64,000 nucleotides of DNA. Source: Salinispira sp. Its GTDB lineage: Bacteria; Spirochaetota; Spirochaetia; DSM-27196; Salinispiraceae. A program made the position numbers and the translations under genes. The notes under the pieces are model-generated. The model made no database searches. It saw only the letters and a program-made list of their open reading frames with translations, and was not told the origin of the DNA. Below, one piece after another: positions 48,373 to 58,895 of this stretch (its first letter is position 1; the number at the start of each line of letters is the position of its first letter). The stretch covers positions 480,001 through 544,000 of the forward strand of contig CBDDDG010000010.1 in assembly GCA_965226555.1 (NCBI GenBank), in the 5' to 3' direction.

Positions 48373-50541
48373 TTATTGAAGTACATCTAAAAGATCGGTA
48401 AGAAATGTTTCCAATGCACCATTACCATCTACAATGGAATATTCACGTTCGGTTTCAAGATAGAGCAGTTGCTGTGCCGGGGTTGCCTGGTTTGCGAAGC
48501 CAACCACTACGTCCCGGGCAAGGGAAATTCCGTCCTGACGCCCCGCATCTTCCGAAGTTTTATAATTTGACCGGATTTCTGTTCTCAGAGCCGGAAAAAC
48601 CGCTTCAAGTTCCCGCGAACCGACAAAATTCTCAAGTGCCTGACGGTTCTGGAATCCATTAGAATCTTCTGCTGTGCGGCGTATCGCGTCAATATCTATA
48701 CGATATTCAGCATATTTATTCTGAATTGATTCTAACTGCTGCTTGATTTTTTGCAAATCATCAATTTCTGCCTGAAGTTCAGTGGAAAATTGCTGCAATT
48801 CATCTCTCCGAGCATTAACATCTGCCAATTCTTCGTTGAGCCCTGAAATTTGAGTTTCATATGATTCAGTTAATTCATTGGTGTCGGACAATTCAACCAA
48901 AAGTTCGCTTTCTCTTTCAAGAACCGCCGCCTGTATCTGCTCATTTATGGCAGTAACGGTTGCAGCTGTATCAATTTCTGTCCGGGCAATAATGGCATTA
49001 ACCGCTTGCAAATTATCGTTGACGACCTGATCTGCCGCGGCGTATCCCATATAAATAAGACTATCGTTTATTAATGATACGTTTTCCTCAAGCTCAGGAA
49101 GTACCTGCAGCGCGCTGTCGAAATTATTAAGGGCAAGCGTATAATTACCATCTCTCATTGCCTGTTCCGCAGCCTGAACAAGGTCTGAAACAGCTTTTGT
49201 TCGCGTATCTAATTCATTGGCAAACTGCTGATTGAGGGCATCGCGGGCATCGGAAATGAGGATATTATTCGCTGTGCGCAGTTCCGGCATGAGGGTGAAT
49301 GTTTCATTGTATATTTCCGATGCGAGTTCTTCATTATTATTACGCAGGGCATTGTTTGCCCGTTCATTGTTCGAACGGATACGGTTGAGAACCTCAAGCT
49401 GATCTGTCAGAGAAGTTACGGTTTCTTCACTATTGAGGGCATTCTGAATGTAATCTTCAATAATTGAAATGACGAAAAGATCAGATGCTCTCCTGTTTGC
49501 GAGGGCGCCAAGGGAGACAACACGTTCTTCATTCAGGAATGTCTGGATCTGACGAATAATGGGAAGTCCATTTTCCCAATTTCTGTTCACAAGCTGTGCC
49601 TGTAATCGTTCAAAAAGCCCGAGAAGTTGGTCTTCAATACCGGATGCCGCCTGCCGTTCTTCCGTAAGCTGGCTCAATGTGTCTCTGGCATTCTGTAAAT
49701 TATCGGCAATGGCATCTGAATCGGCTAGGGCCTGAGATTGCTGCTCAAGTTCTGCGCGCAGATTACTTTCCTGTACCCGTAAGTCGTCAAGAAGTTGATC
49801 TCGTTCAGATTTGAGACCAGTAAGTTCAGTTGAATACTCACCTTGCAGCTGAGCAATGTTATTTTCCAGTTCTGCCTGTTCATTAAGTAATTCTTCTTCA
49901 TAAAGTGCCAGTTGTTCTGCATAGAAGGCCCTCAAAGCATTTTCCCGAGCTGCAAGGAGTCGGATAATTTCAGCTTCACTGCGCCCTTCACGTTCCAGAG
50001 TAGCCTGCAAATCTCCAAGTTCACCGATAATCAGTTCATCATACTCGCTTTTTCGGGAATCAATTCTCGTGAGTAAATTTTCACTCAGAGACTGACGCTG
50101 TTCTTCAAGACCGGTGAGACGCTGCTCAAAATTCTGGATTTCCTGCTCTTTTGCGGATATTTGATCCTGAGACTGCTTCTGAAGTTCCCTGAGCAGCTGA
50201 CCTTCCAGACTTGAAAACTCAATACTTGTTCGAGCAATTGTCGTTGAATCATTCTGGAATGCCCGCCCGAGTAAGAAAATAACAACCGCTACTACAATAA
50301 ATGCCACAAGATTAACCAAAACAGGAAACAAAATTCCCGATTTTGCTCCCTTCAGGACAAAGGCATCTTCGGTCAGAGATGCAGTATTTTCTGATGTGAT
50401 ATTTTCTATGCTCTTCAGTACTTCGCGACGGTCATCTTCGGAAATGCCAATGTCTGAAGATTCCGCAAAAGCATCATCGTGCTGAATATCATTTTTCTGA
50501 ATATCATCTTCGAGAAGATTCGATGAAGTATCTGCTGCCAT
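48373..50541 (-). CDS. Membrane-anchored coiled-coil hypothetical protein
   Basis: AGGAG RBS before MAADTSS; one TM segment, long heptad-rich region, TPR-like segment. Confidence 0.65.
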   Translation of the reverse strand: MAADTSSNLLEDDIQKNDIQHDDAFAESSDIGISEDDRREVLKSIENITSENTASLTEDAFVLKGAKSGILFPVLVNLVAFIVVAVVIFLLGRAFQNDSTTIARTSIEFSSLEGQLLRELQKQSQDQISAKEQEIQNFEQRLTGLEEQRQSLSENLLTRIDSRKSEYDELIIGELGDLQATLEREGRSEAEIIRLLAARENALRAFYAEQLALYEEELLNEQAELENNIAQLQGEYSTELTGLKSERDQLLDDLRVQESNLRAELEQQSQALADSDAIADNLQNARDTLSQLTEERQAASGIEDQLLGLFERLQAQLVNRNWENGLPIIRQIQTFLNEERVVSLGALANRRASDLFVISIIEDYIQNALNSEETVTSLTDQLEVLNRIRSNNERANNALRNNNEELASEIYNETFTLMPELRTANNILISDARDALNQQFANELDTRTKAVSDLVQAAEQAMRDGNYTLALNNFDSALQVLPELEENVSLINDSLIYMGYAAADQVVNDNLQAVNAIIARTEIDTAATVTAINEQIQAAVLERESELLVELSDTNELTESYETQISGLNEELADVNARRDELQQFSTELQAEIDDLQKIKQQLESIQNKYAEYRIDIDAIRRTAEDSNGFQNRQALENFVGSRELEAVFPALRTEIRSNYKTSEDAGRQDGISLARDVVVGFANQATPAQQLLYLETEREYSIVDGNGALETFLTDLLDVLQ

Positions 50542-50772
50542 ACAATTTCTCCTCCTTAAAACGAACACAAACTTTGAACAGAATGTACATAAAGAAATAT
50601 TAATAGTATAATATGCTAAGATTATATCTTTGTCTACTAGAAATTTTGCATAAAGCAAAAATTTCAGATTCGGAATGCTTTCCATGTGCTTAGCATTCTC
50701 CTATTTTATAGAATAGTTTTGCATTTTGCAAAACTTTGTTATAGATTGTTATGAGGTATTTATGAACACGCG

Positions 50773-51490
50773 GATCCACCGCCCTGTTATTTTCCATGTT
50801 CGCTTAACAGGAAGCGTTTTTGTTACGACGCTCGCCAGCACATGGTTGATACTGGTGAGAAAATTGACCCCCATGGCAATGCAGCACAACAAACACACAG
50901 CGGCGATCTTGTTATGCGTCCGCACTCTCTTTCGGTAAGATACGACATGCTTAAACTCATCATTCTCTTTTCTCCCGCGCAGCAGGCAATGACAGATGTA
51001 CATCACTCGTAATTGAACGTCTCCTTCCCTTCAGTGACCCGCAGCACCAGCACCGGCACACCATGCCATTCGTCGCACTGCCTCAACTGGTAACTCGTTG
51101 ATCGTTGATAATCATACCCGCTCGGTTTGGACTGCATCACTATAGAACCCCTGATGTTTTTGCGCGATCAAGGAGCAACCGCTCATGTTTCCGCGGAATC
51201 CCGCTTTACCGAAGTTTTGCATTCACACAGGTAGAGCCCATGCAATTGCGGCAGGGTATCTCCTTCCCTCAAAAGCATTTTTCAGACCCGCGCAGTTCGT
51301 GCCCTCTGCCCTTATCGGTCTCACAACCTGCACATACGTTCCTGTCTTTGTGTTATGAGGTATACTCCGATATGAACACGCGGATAATATTTCTGTTTTT
51401 CTTTTTGAACGCAACTTTCTTGTTATTTTCTCAGGAACCGGTCGTTTCCGATCGGTTAAATTGTTGAATCTTTGAATAAAGGTTCGGGCC
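50773..51490 (-). pseudogene. Deletion-riddled copy of the 14218-15405 transposase, interleaved with a host gene start
   Basis: Reverse complement matches 14660-15350 and 14255-14327 with many small deletions. Confidence 0.7.
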
Positions 51491-51928
51491 CGACAACAAG
51501 AATATCTGAAAAAAACAGTTCTGTTTTGCCTGAAACAGCGCTTTTCAGGAAGATCTGGCATCCTGAAACAGCGCGCTTCCCGAGCGGGTACCTTTACTGT
51601 TCTGGAACTTCCCGCCAATCCATTGGAGAAGCTTGAGGAAATCGGTATTATTGTTCCTGCGCAGATACGCTGGCAGCTGAATGAATCTCCCACCTCCGAA
51701 CAATGGACAAGCGCCGGAGCATTTTCATTTCTCGTTACACAGTTGTATGATATTCCCGGGGGAATGTTCTACAGCCTCATGCCAGGCGCGCATTATGCAA
51801 GCAAGGAATTACAATACCTCAATCTTCTTCCATTAGATATGCATCACGGAGAACCAATAAGCGGAACAATGGCAACCAGCATACTTGATCGTGTTGACCT
51901 CATGCTCGAAAATGGAGATATACGATGA
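51372..51928 (+). CDS. Hypothetical exported protein, sequence disturbed in the 5' half
   Basis: Signal-peptide-like MNTRIIFLFFFLNATFLLFSQE at 51372; clean ORF 51623-51928 overlaps the next gene by 4 nt. Confidence 0.4.
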
Positions 51929-53184
51929 TAAAACCTCTGCAGCCAATAAAACCGACAAAGCTGACTCTCTTACTGCTTTTGTCCATATTCTCTCTGAGCG
52001 AAGTCCTTGGACAATCCGGCTTTACCTTTGATTTTGATGGACGCATTCAACTCTCTCCGTATCAGTATGATTATCCTGATGGAAATAAAGTGACCATTGA
52101 GATAGCTCCGGATCTTCTGCTTGAAGGAAGAAATTCCCTCGGACCTGATTCTGAGCTTTTGTATCGCCTCGGGGGAAATCTCCTATACTCCCGATACGAT
52201 AAATTTCAGGGAAACCTCAGCGATATCGCCATAGAATTACATATTGGACAAGATCAACCCACCTCCTTCGACCTTATTTTGGGTCGTCAGATTTTCTCTG
52301 ATCCAATAGGAAACATTCTTTCCCAGGGACTTGACGGAATTAATGCCACTCTCCTCGTAGACGATACATTCGAAGCGCATGTGGGGGTGGGATACCTCGG
52401 TCTTTTTCCCGCAAGCTACAGCAATGCTCAACTCAGTGATGATGAAGTTGAAAATCCGACCGAATGGGGAAGCGCTCCAGACAGGCTTTTTGTGATTGGA
52501 GATGCCAGCTTTTTTCCTGCTCCGACAGTTTCACTGGGACTCCACGGCGGTCTGCAAATTGATCTGCAGGAAAATGCATCAACGTATGACTACACAAGCT
52601 GGTATGTCGGCATCGACAGCGTTGGGATACTTGTGCCTGACGCGCCGCCTGATCTTGAGTATCGGGCGCAGGTAAGCCTTGGAGCAGGACCCTCCAATGA
52701 GGATATGGCAGCTGCGCCGGGAATTTTCCTGAGTAATTACTGGTCAGTGCTTATTCCGGGAACTTTCAGTACCGGAGAAGTTGAGATTGGAGCAGATTTT
52801 GCCAGCGGAGAGGGAGACATTGGAGGATTTTCGGCTTTTTCGATTGTACCTCAGGGGGAATTCTTCAGAGGCGGGCTTGATGAGATTTTTTCTCTGAGCT
52901 GGCGTGTAGGATGGAACCCCCTCATTAATCTTGATGATTCGATCTGGCTGAGAAATACCAATATCTACTTAAGCGGTAAACATTTCTGGAATACATCAGA
53001 AAGCGCAAGAACCATAAGCAGGCAGCAGACGGCAGGCGGGGAAGATTTTGGGCATGAACTGAGCATTGGCTTCAGCACTAGTCTGCTATCCGATTTTACG
53101 ATAGAGGGGATCATCGGCGGTTTATTCAAAGGAACCGAGGATGTCAGGTGGTTCTCAAAAATAACTCTTTCTTTGTTGTTCTAA
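51925..53184 (+). CDS. Putative outer-membrane beta-barrel protein
   Basis: Signal peptide, LGRQ motif, alternating strands, C-terminal Phe. Confidence 0.55.
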   Translation: MIKPLQPIKPTKLTLLLLLSIFSLSEVLGQSGFTFDFDGRIQLSPYQYDYPDGNKVTIEIAPDLLLEGRNSLGPDSELLYRLGGNLLYSRYDKFQGNLSDIAIELHIGQDQPTSFDLILGRQIFSDPIGNILSQGLDGINATLLVDDTFEAHVGVGYLGLFPASYSNAQLSDDEVENPTEWGSAPDRLFVIGDASFFPAPTVSLGLHGGLQIDLQENASTYDYTSWYVGIDSVGILVPDAPPDLEYRAQVSLGAGPSNEDMAAAPGIFLSNYWSVLIPGTFSTGEVEIGADFASGEGDIGGFSAFSIVPQGEFFRGGLDEIFSLSWRVGWNPLINLDDSIWLRNTNIYLSGKHFWNTSESARTISRQQTAGGEDFGHELSIGFSTSLLSDFTIEGIIGGLFKGTEDVRWFSKITLSLLF

Positions 53185-53304
53185 CGTGTTCTCAGTTGAT
53201 GTTGTCTGTCACCGTCAATGTTGATCAATCCAAACCCTGCGGAGCAGGAAGCACGGCGGAGAAAAGTTGTCTGTCAATGTTGTTCTTCATCAATCCAAAA
53301 ATAA

Positions 53305-54576
53305 TTAAAAACTGAAACGAACACCAAGATTAAAATTTCTGAGGTCAAAGGCGAGTGTTTCATCGGCAAAGATAAAACCGGGAATTTCATTATCGGAAAA
53401 CAGGTAATTCAGAAACGAAGCGGCTTTAAATTCAGTGAGATCGGTGGAAATAAACATAACTGGATTATACTCGGCATAAAAACGCAGGAAGCGATCCGGG
53501 AGTGAAATTTCCGCTCCCAAGGTAAGTGAGATTTCCGCCGGAGTAATTTCGTCAATAAATTTTCCTTCGCTATGATCCAAACGCAGCCCAGCTCCGAGAG
53601 CAAGATAGGGTCTGAGCAGGTTTATTTTATCCAAAAAATAAAAACCGCCATCTAAGCGTATAACCGATAAGGGATTTGTGCGGAGGATATCCGGACTGTT
53701 GCTGATCAAATAAAGACCAAAGGCATAGGTCTTAAATCCCAATTTAAAGAATACATCGGCGGGAACGGGAAACCATGCGACATTTACTCCGAAAAATTGA
53801 AAATTGTTTAATAAAATATCGAGATTCCACCGAATTGTCGACTTCTGTTCAAGTTCCAGAGTGGTTTCGTTAAACCCCAAATACAGTTCATTTTCAATGG
53901 GATAATGGCCATTGATAACGGCGCGGTAACTATATATGGCAGGATTCGGAAGATCCAGCGCGGTTGCACCGGTTTCATCTATGAGAATATCTTCGGATGT
54001 GAGCCCCGATATTGTTGTTCCCGGCAGGGCATTTATGGTAAGTTTTTCTTCGTTAACAAGATAAAAGAAATTTTCTTTGATTACCTCAACAAGACCTTCC
54101 CAGATGATACCGCGGGAGAGGGCTTTGAAATCGAGCCGAAGGCCTGTTTCAATAGTGGTTTCACCAAATTTTATGAGTTTCAGCAGATCAAAGGTTTCAT
54201 AATAATAGCTAACATTATTCAAATCGCCCTGTACCTGAACAAATACCCAACTGTCGGCATCTGTTTGCCGGATCAGTTCCTGCTTTCCTTCAAAGGTCGG
54301 CGGTATCTCGTCTTCTTCAGATTCTAGGATAACCACCTCGGGAGTTGAACCAAATATCTGAGTAAGAACAGAATTATATATAAAAAATTTATTAAATTCA
54401 GAAAAGTTTTCAGGGGCTTCAAAAAGAAAAACCATACGGCGGGGGCGGGTAAAATCGATCTGTTCAATGACTTCGGTCTCGGAATCGCTTACTTCTTCGG
54501 AGGCTCCGCCCGCGTGGACAGCAGCCGAAAGCAGAGACAAAATACATACAATACCGAGAACACACTGTTTCTTCAC
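53305..54576 (-). CDS. Exported protein with putative C-terminal beta-barrel
   Basis: Spirochetal AGG..E signal-like N-terminus; ends FNLGVRFSF. Confidence 0.55.
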   Translation of the reverse strand: MKKQCVLGIVCILSLLSAAVHAGGASEEVSDSETEVIEQIDFTRPRRMVFLFEAPENFSEFNKFFIYNSVLTQIFGSTPEVVILESEEDEIPPTFEGKQELIRQTDADSWVFVQVQGDLNNVSYYYETFDLLKLIKFGETTIETGLRLDFKALSRGIIWEGLVEVIKENFFYLVNEEKLTINALPGTTISGLTSEDILIDETGATALDLPNPAIYSYRAVINGHYPIENELYLGFNETTLELEQKSTIRWNLDILLNNFQFFGVNVAWFPVPADVFFKLGFKTYAFGLYLISNSPDILRTNPLSVIRLDGGFYFLDKINLLRPYLALGAGLRLDHSEGKFIDEITPAEISLTLGAEISLPDRFLRFYAEYNPVMFISTDLTEFKAASFLNYLFSDNEIPGFIFADETLAFDLRNFNLGVRFSF

Positions 54577-54587
54577 TATCTCTCCCC

Positions 54588-55814
54588 TCACCACCATGTA
54601 TTCATTACCTGAATTTTCAAAGTTTCAGGATCAAGTCGGTACATAGTGTCCCCACTGGGGCTGAATGTGTACAGAATATTTGAGCGGGCCTCCGTCCGGG
54701 TCTCATCAAGTAATGTACCATTGAGATCATATCGCTTCAATTTTCCTGTAGGCTCATATACGATAATATTTTCATTCGTGTAGGAAAAGCGGAACGATTT
54801 ATCGGTTGCGGAAAGATCAATTGGCTTAGTATTTCTTTGGTTGCCCGATTGAATACTATCGGGCTGGTATTCTGTTTCATAAGCAATTGCAATTATCTGA
54901 GTATTACTGAGTTCCCAGAGATGGAGCATGTTGTCTGCCAGATTGTGCAAAAGAAAAAGCGCACCGTCATTAGTTTGAATAATGCCATCAAGCTCATACC
55001 CTCGATTATCCTCACTGGCTTCAGGAGGATCCTTAACAATGTCTATCGTCTTAAGGCCGCCATCACCGTGGGGTTGCAAAGTTCCAGATGGATCAATTTC
55101 CTCCTTATACGCAGAGAGAGAAAGCTGAAAATAGCCTATCGACTCACCTTCAGCCGTTCTGTCGGAAGCTTCACCTACTCCAAAAATATACACGCCGTCT
55201 TGGGGAGTTGATGAGAAAACAACGGAAAAACCGCCAAGAAGACCATGAGCAACAGTTCCAGCGAACTCCTTGGTCTTTCTGTCAATAGTAACTGAACCAG
55301 CAAGAAAAATTGGTTTAGTTGTATTCTCGCTCTCATCTACATTCTCGCTCTCATCTACATTCTCGCCCTCATCTATAATCTCAACATCAAGGGACGCAAA
55401 CGGAAGTCCGAATGAACTCTGAAAATTGAATTCGGGTAGTATTTGCAGATACCACATAAGCTCTCCAGATTTGTTGAGCATCATCAGAATTTGCCTGCCT
55501 GCTCCCGGAGACGGACTGACGAGAAAAACCACATTCTCCTCATCATTATTCTCCTCATTTTTGTAGATGATGGGCAGGAGCTGATACCGTGTATTTGTTG
55601 AATTCGCGATGCCGGAATCAATATCAATGATGCGTTGAGCATATGCATGCTCTCTAGTTATGCCTCCCAGATAATTGGGGAAGGGACTACTTTCAAAGAG
55701 TTCACAACTGCCAATAAGTATAATAATAGCGCAACTACATAGGAGAAAGTTTTGCATTGGAAAATTGTGCAAGCACAATTTCCAGGAGCAAAAGTTTCTC
55801 AGTATTTTATTCAT
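54588..55814 (-). CDS. Hypothetical lipoprotein with an in-frame family A palindrome in its signal peptide
   Basis: MNKIL[RNFCSWKLCLHNFPMQNF]LLCSCAIIILIGSC; 18-bp ENVDES tandem repeats at ~55325-55375. Confidence 0.65.
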   Translation of the reverse strand: MNKILRNFCSWKLCLHNFPMQNFLLCSCAIIILIGSCELFESSPFPNYLGGITREHAYAQRIIDIDSGIANSTNTRYQLLPIIYKNEENNDEENVVFLVSPSPGAGRQILMMLNKSGELMWYLQILPEFNFQSSFGLPFASLDVEIIDEGENVDESENVDESENTTKPIFLAGSVTIDRKTKEFAGTVAHGLLGGFSVVFSSTPQDGVYIFGVGEASDRTAEGESIGYFQLSLSAYKEEIDPSGTLQPHGDGGLKTIDIVKDPPEASEDNRGYELDGIIQTNDGALFLLHNLADNMLHLWELSNTQIIAIAYETEYQPDSIQSGNQRNTKPIDLSATDKSFRFSYTNENIIVYEPTGKLKRYDLNGTLLDETRTEARSNILYTFSPSGDTMYRLDPETLKIQVMNTWW

Positions 55815-55817
55815 ATT

Positions 55818-57062
55818 TCACCACTGTACCTGAACTCCAAAACTGATGGGCGGGATGCCAATAGGAGTGAATATCCAGTTACGGCCAAGTAACTGATTTC
55901 CAATACCAAGAGCATACTTTAACTCACCTCGGGCAAAAATCTGAAAAAAATCAAGATTAAGCTCAAGCGTGAGGTTTCCCAAACTGACATAGACATCGTT
56001 AAAGTCTTTTATTGAGTGTAGGTTCTCTGAAAGCGATGTTTTGACAACACCCAGTCCGACACCAATGCTCATGCGGAGAAGCGACTCGGGAGGAAAAAAT
56101 ACGTACTGTCCGATGTAAAATGAGAAGTCGGTATTTACATTGGAACTTGTGTAGCCGGAACCGGAGGGTTTATATGCAGAGGAATATGTGGCATCATGCA
56201 GATGCATGCCAAGGTATGCAAAGGTTTCATCGGGAAGCAGATACATTTTCAGACCGAAGCCGATTCCCTGCGCTAATCCGAGGGTCCAATACGATTGAAG
56301 GGCAAAGCGTTTCTGCGACCAGAGCTTTTCAAGGTCGATGTTTACATTTTTTTCATCCATGATCACATCAAAGCTGCGGGAATGATATCCCTCTTTTCGT
56401 AATTCCATTACCACAGTATCGTTAACTCTGAAGGGTGTATAGGGAACGAGAATGTCGCCCTCTGAAATGGTACCGACATCCTGACCGGCAAAGAAAACCT
56501 GCACTCCCTCCTGTTCTCCGGTAATAGATATTTCGTTAACCCTGTTTAAAAATGGGCTATATTCATAGCGATTACTCAGATATTCGCGCACCGATTCACC
56601 AAGCACGAGAACGGCATCATTTATTGTCGTAAAAAAGGTCGCTCCGGTACGGGCACGGGTAAATGCGCCTCGTATTCCGGTATCTGTTAAGGCATCGTAC
56701 AGATTGTACTGAATAAATATATTTGATCCGTCAACGGAATAAAAGATGGCAATGATAAAACCGGCGCCTTCGGCATCAATTTCCGTGAAGAAATCATTAA
56801 GACGGATAGCATTTCCCTCACCACTGTCCACGGTATTTCTCTGATAGGTAATAAGCGGATCAGAAACCAGCGGCAGACCAAGAATCGCAACCTCTTCAAC
56901 AACCCTGTTCACAAGCGGAAGGGTAACGTCATCGCCGGCCGGTTCATCTGAAAGATCGACAAAATATAAAAGCACAGAATCACCATCTTCCTGAGCTGTT
57001 ACGAGCTGTGTAATGTGTATAAGGAGCATAGCGATTATATAGACACGCGCATGTTTCATCAT
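55818..57062 (-). CDS. Exported protein with a PEGA-like segment and putative C-terminal beta-barrel
   Basis: Signal peptide; GVQVFFAG..VG, LRKEGY; ends SFGVQVQW. Confidence 0.55.
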   Translation of the reverse strand: MMKHARVYIIAMLLIHITQLVTAQEDGDSVLLYFVDLSDEPAGDDVTLPLVNRVVEEVAILGLPLVSDPLITYQRNTVDSGEGNAIRLNDFFTEIDAEGAGFIIAIFYSVDGSNIFIQYNLYDALTDTGIRGAFTRARTGATFFTTINDAVLVLGESVREYLSNRYEYSPFLNRVNEISITGEQEGVQVFFAGQDVGTISEGDILVPYTPFRVNDTVVMELRKEGYHSRSFDVIMDEKNVNIDLEKLWSQKRFALQSYWTLGLAQGIGFGLKMYLLPDETFAYLGMHLHDATYSSAYKPSGSGYTSSNVNTDFSFYIGQYVFFPPESLLRMSIGVGLGVVKTSLSENLHSIKDFNDVYVSLGNLTLELNLDFFQIFARGELKYALGIGNQLLGRNWIFTPIGIPPISFGVQVQW

Positions 57063-58750
57063 TTTGATGTCATTACCTCAACACCATTCCAGTCTGGAGG
57101 AGGGGGATTTTGTATACAGTTCTTACTGTCCTTAATCATCTTGTCGATAAGATAATCTTTACCGCCTGTTTGTTTATGTAATTCAGTAAAGCGCTTATAG
57201 GCATCTTCGAATTGACGGCTGTAAAACTGGAGCATCGCCCTATTATGTTCATTCCATACATTCCTGAGATTCTCAGGCGAGTCCTTCTTGGCTACGGTGT
57301 AGATACCGAGACCCTCTTTCTTACCCTTAACGGCAACCTTTCCGACAATGCGGCAGAGAACATCCTTCCTCACCTGCTTGTACAAAGGCTCCGCAATGAG
57401 AACTTCCTGCCGAAAATACTTGGTTAAGCCCTCAAGACGGGAGGCAACGTTTACGGTATCGCCGATTACCGTGTAGTCAAGCTTCTTGTCGGTACCAATG
57501 TTGCCAACCGTTACCGGTCCGTAGTTTATTCCAACGCCGATACGAAACTCAGGAATGTTTTTTTGCCTCTGCTCAGCATTGAATTTGCCAACCGCTTCAA
57601 TCATTTCTATACCGGTAAGAACAGCCTGTAAGGCATCATCATCGCGCTGAACGGGAGCGCCGAAGAAAGCCATGATGGCATCGCCGATATACTTATCGAT
57701 AACACCATTTCGGTTCATTATTATATCGACCATATACTGAAAATAGCGGTTGAGATTGTTCACGAGCTCATCCGGTTTCATGTTTTCTGAAATGGATGTG
57801 AAACTTCGGATATCCGAAAAAAGCACGGACAGAGTTCTGTTTTGTCCGACGAGCATGGATTCAGGACTGGCAAAGAATTGGTTAATCAATTCCTGAGGAA
57901 CATATTTCTGGAAAATATTACGGATCTTGCTTTCTTTTTTCTGAGCAACGGCAGCATCAAAGGCATATCTCTTTATACGTCCATAGGCGCTGTCAAGTTC
58001 CCTGATCATCACATTAAAGGTATTGGAGAGTTGACCAATTTCATCCCTGAACTGGATGGGCACTTGGGCGCTGAAATTATTGGTAGTGATAATTTTCTTC
58101 ATTACCTCCCCTACCTCACGAAGAGGCCTGGTAATGAAGCCGGTAAAGAGAAGCAGAAGGATAACCATAATGACTGAACTGATAACTACCAGAAGGGCTG
58201 TTTGAATTGTAATCCGATAAATATCCTGAAAGAATATATCTCTGCTCTCGGAAAGCAGCACATACCAAGAGAAGGGCGCAAATGAGAACCCCATTGTTAC
58301 CCGTTCTTCACCGTCAATAACCGCGTCGAGGAATTGCCTGTTGTCGGCTTCAGCTCTGGCGAGAAGGGGCGCTGTTTCGTTTTCCTGAAGCATAAATGGC
58401 AGAGCGGGATCGGCGAGAGAATTTTCCGCGGTTCCAAGTACCACCTTTCCTTCCGCATCCATTACGAAAATGATTTCTGTTTCGCTGCGGAGAATGCTCT
58501 CTGCGTAAAGCTCTATGCTTCCTTCCAGCGCCTGTATCATTTCCGGCTGACCCGCAAGATCATTGTCGACGAGAAGACGCCATTGGCTTTCAATATATTT
58601 TTCAAGTTCATTGACCTTGAACTCAAAAAACTCCACTGCTACTCTGGTAATACCGGTGCTCGCGCTGTAAAATGATGCAACTCCGCCAATAATCAATCCG
58701 ACTACCATAAGCGGAAGCACAACGAGCACAAATTTAAGCCTAATACTCAT
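57059..58750 (-). CDS. Membrane class III adenylate/guanylate cyclase (2 TM, periplasmic sensor, HAMP, catalytic domain)
   Basis: LFSDIRSFT, DKYIGDAIMAFFG, YTVIGDTVNVASRLE, DEIGQLSNTFN. Confidence 0.92.
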   Translation of the reverse strand: MSIRLKFVLVVLPLMVVGLIIGGVASFYSASTGITRVAVEFFEFKVNELEKYIESQWRLLVDNDLAGQPEMIQALEGSIELYAESILRSETEIIFVMDAEGKVVLGTAENSLADPALPFMLQENETAPLLARAEADNRQFLDAVIDGEERVTMGFSFAPFSWYVLLSESRDIFFQDIYRITIQTALLVVISSVIMVILLLLFTGFITRPLREVGEVMKKIITTNNFSAQVPIQFRDEIGQLSNTFNVMIRELDSAYGRIKRYAFDAAVAQKKESKIRNIFQKYVPQELINQFFASPESMLVGQNRTLSVLFSDIRSFTSISENMKPDELVNNLNRYFQYMVDIIMNRNGVIDKYIGDAIMAFFGAPVQRDDDALQAVLTGIEMIEAVGKFNAEQRQKNIPEFRIGVGINYGPVTVGNIGTDKKLDYTVIGDTVNVASRLEGLTKYFRQEVLIAEPLYKQVRKDVLCRIVGKVAVKGKKEGLGIYTVAKKDSPENLRNVWNEHNRAMLQFYSRQFEDAYKRFTELHKQTGGKDYLIDKMIKDSKNCIQNPPPPDWNGVEVMTSK

Positions 58751-58895
58751 AATATTCCTTCTACTTTCCTGCCAATTTTCTATTCTATCAGAAATTTTTG
58801 CCTAAAGCAAAAGTTCTTTATAATACACTATTAATAATGTGTATACTACCTGAAACTTTATCAATGCAAAACTTTCTACCTGACATATATATCTG

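Noticed and set aside
53196..53300. Short direct repeats (GTTGTCTGTCA, TCAATCCAAA) between convergent genes
   Set aside because: Only two imperfect copies with no interpretable structure
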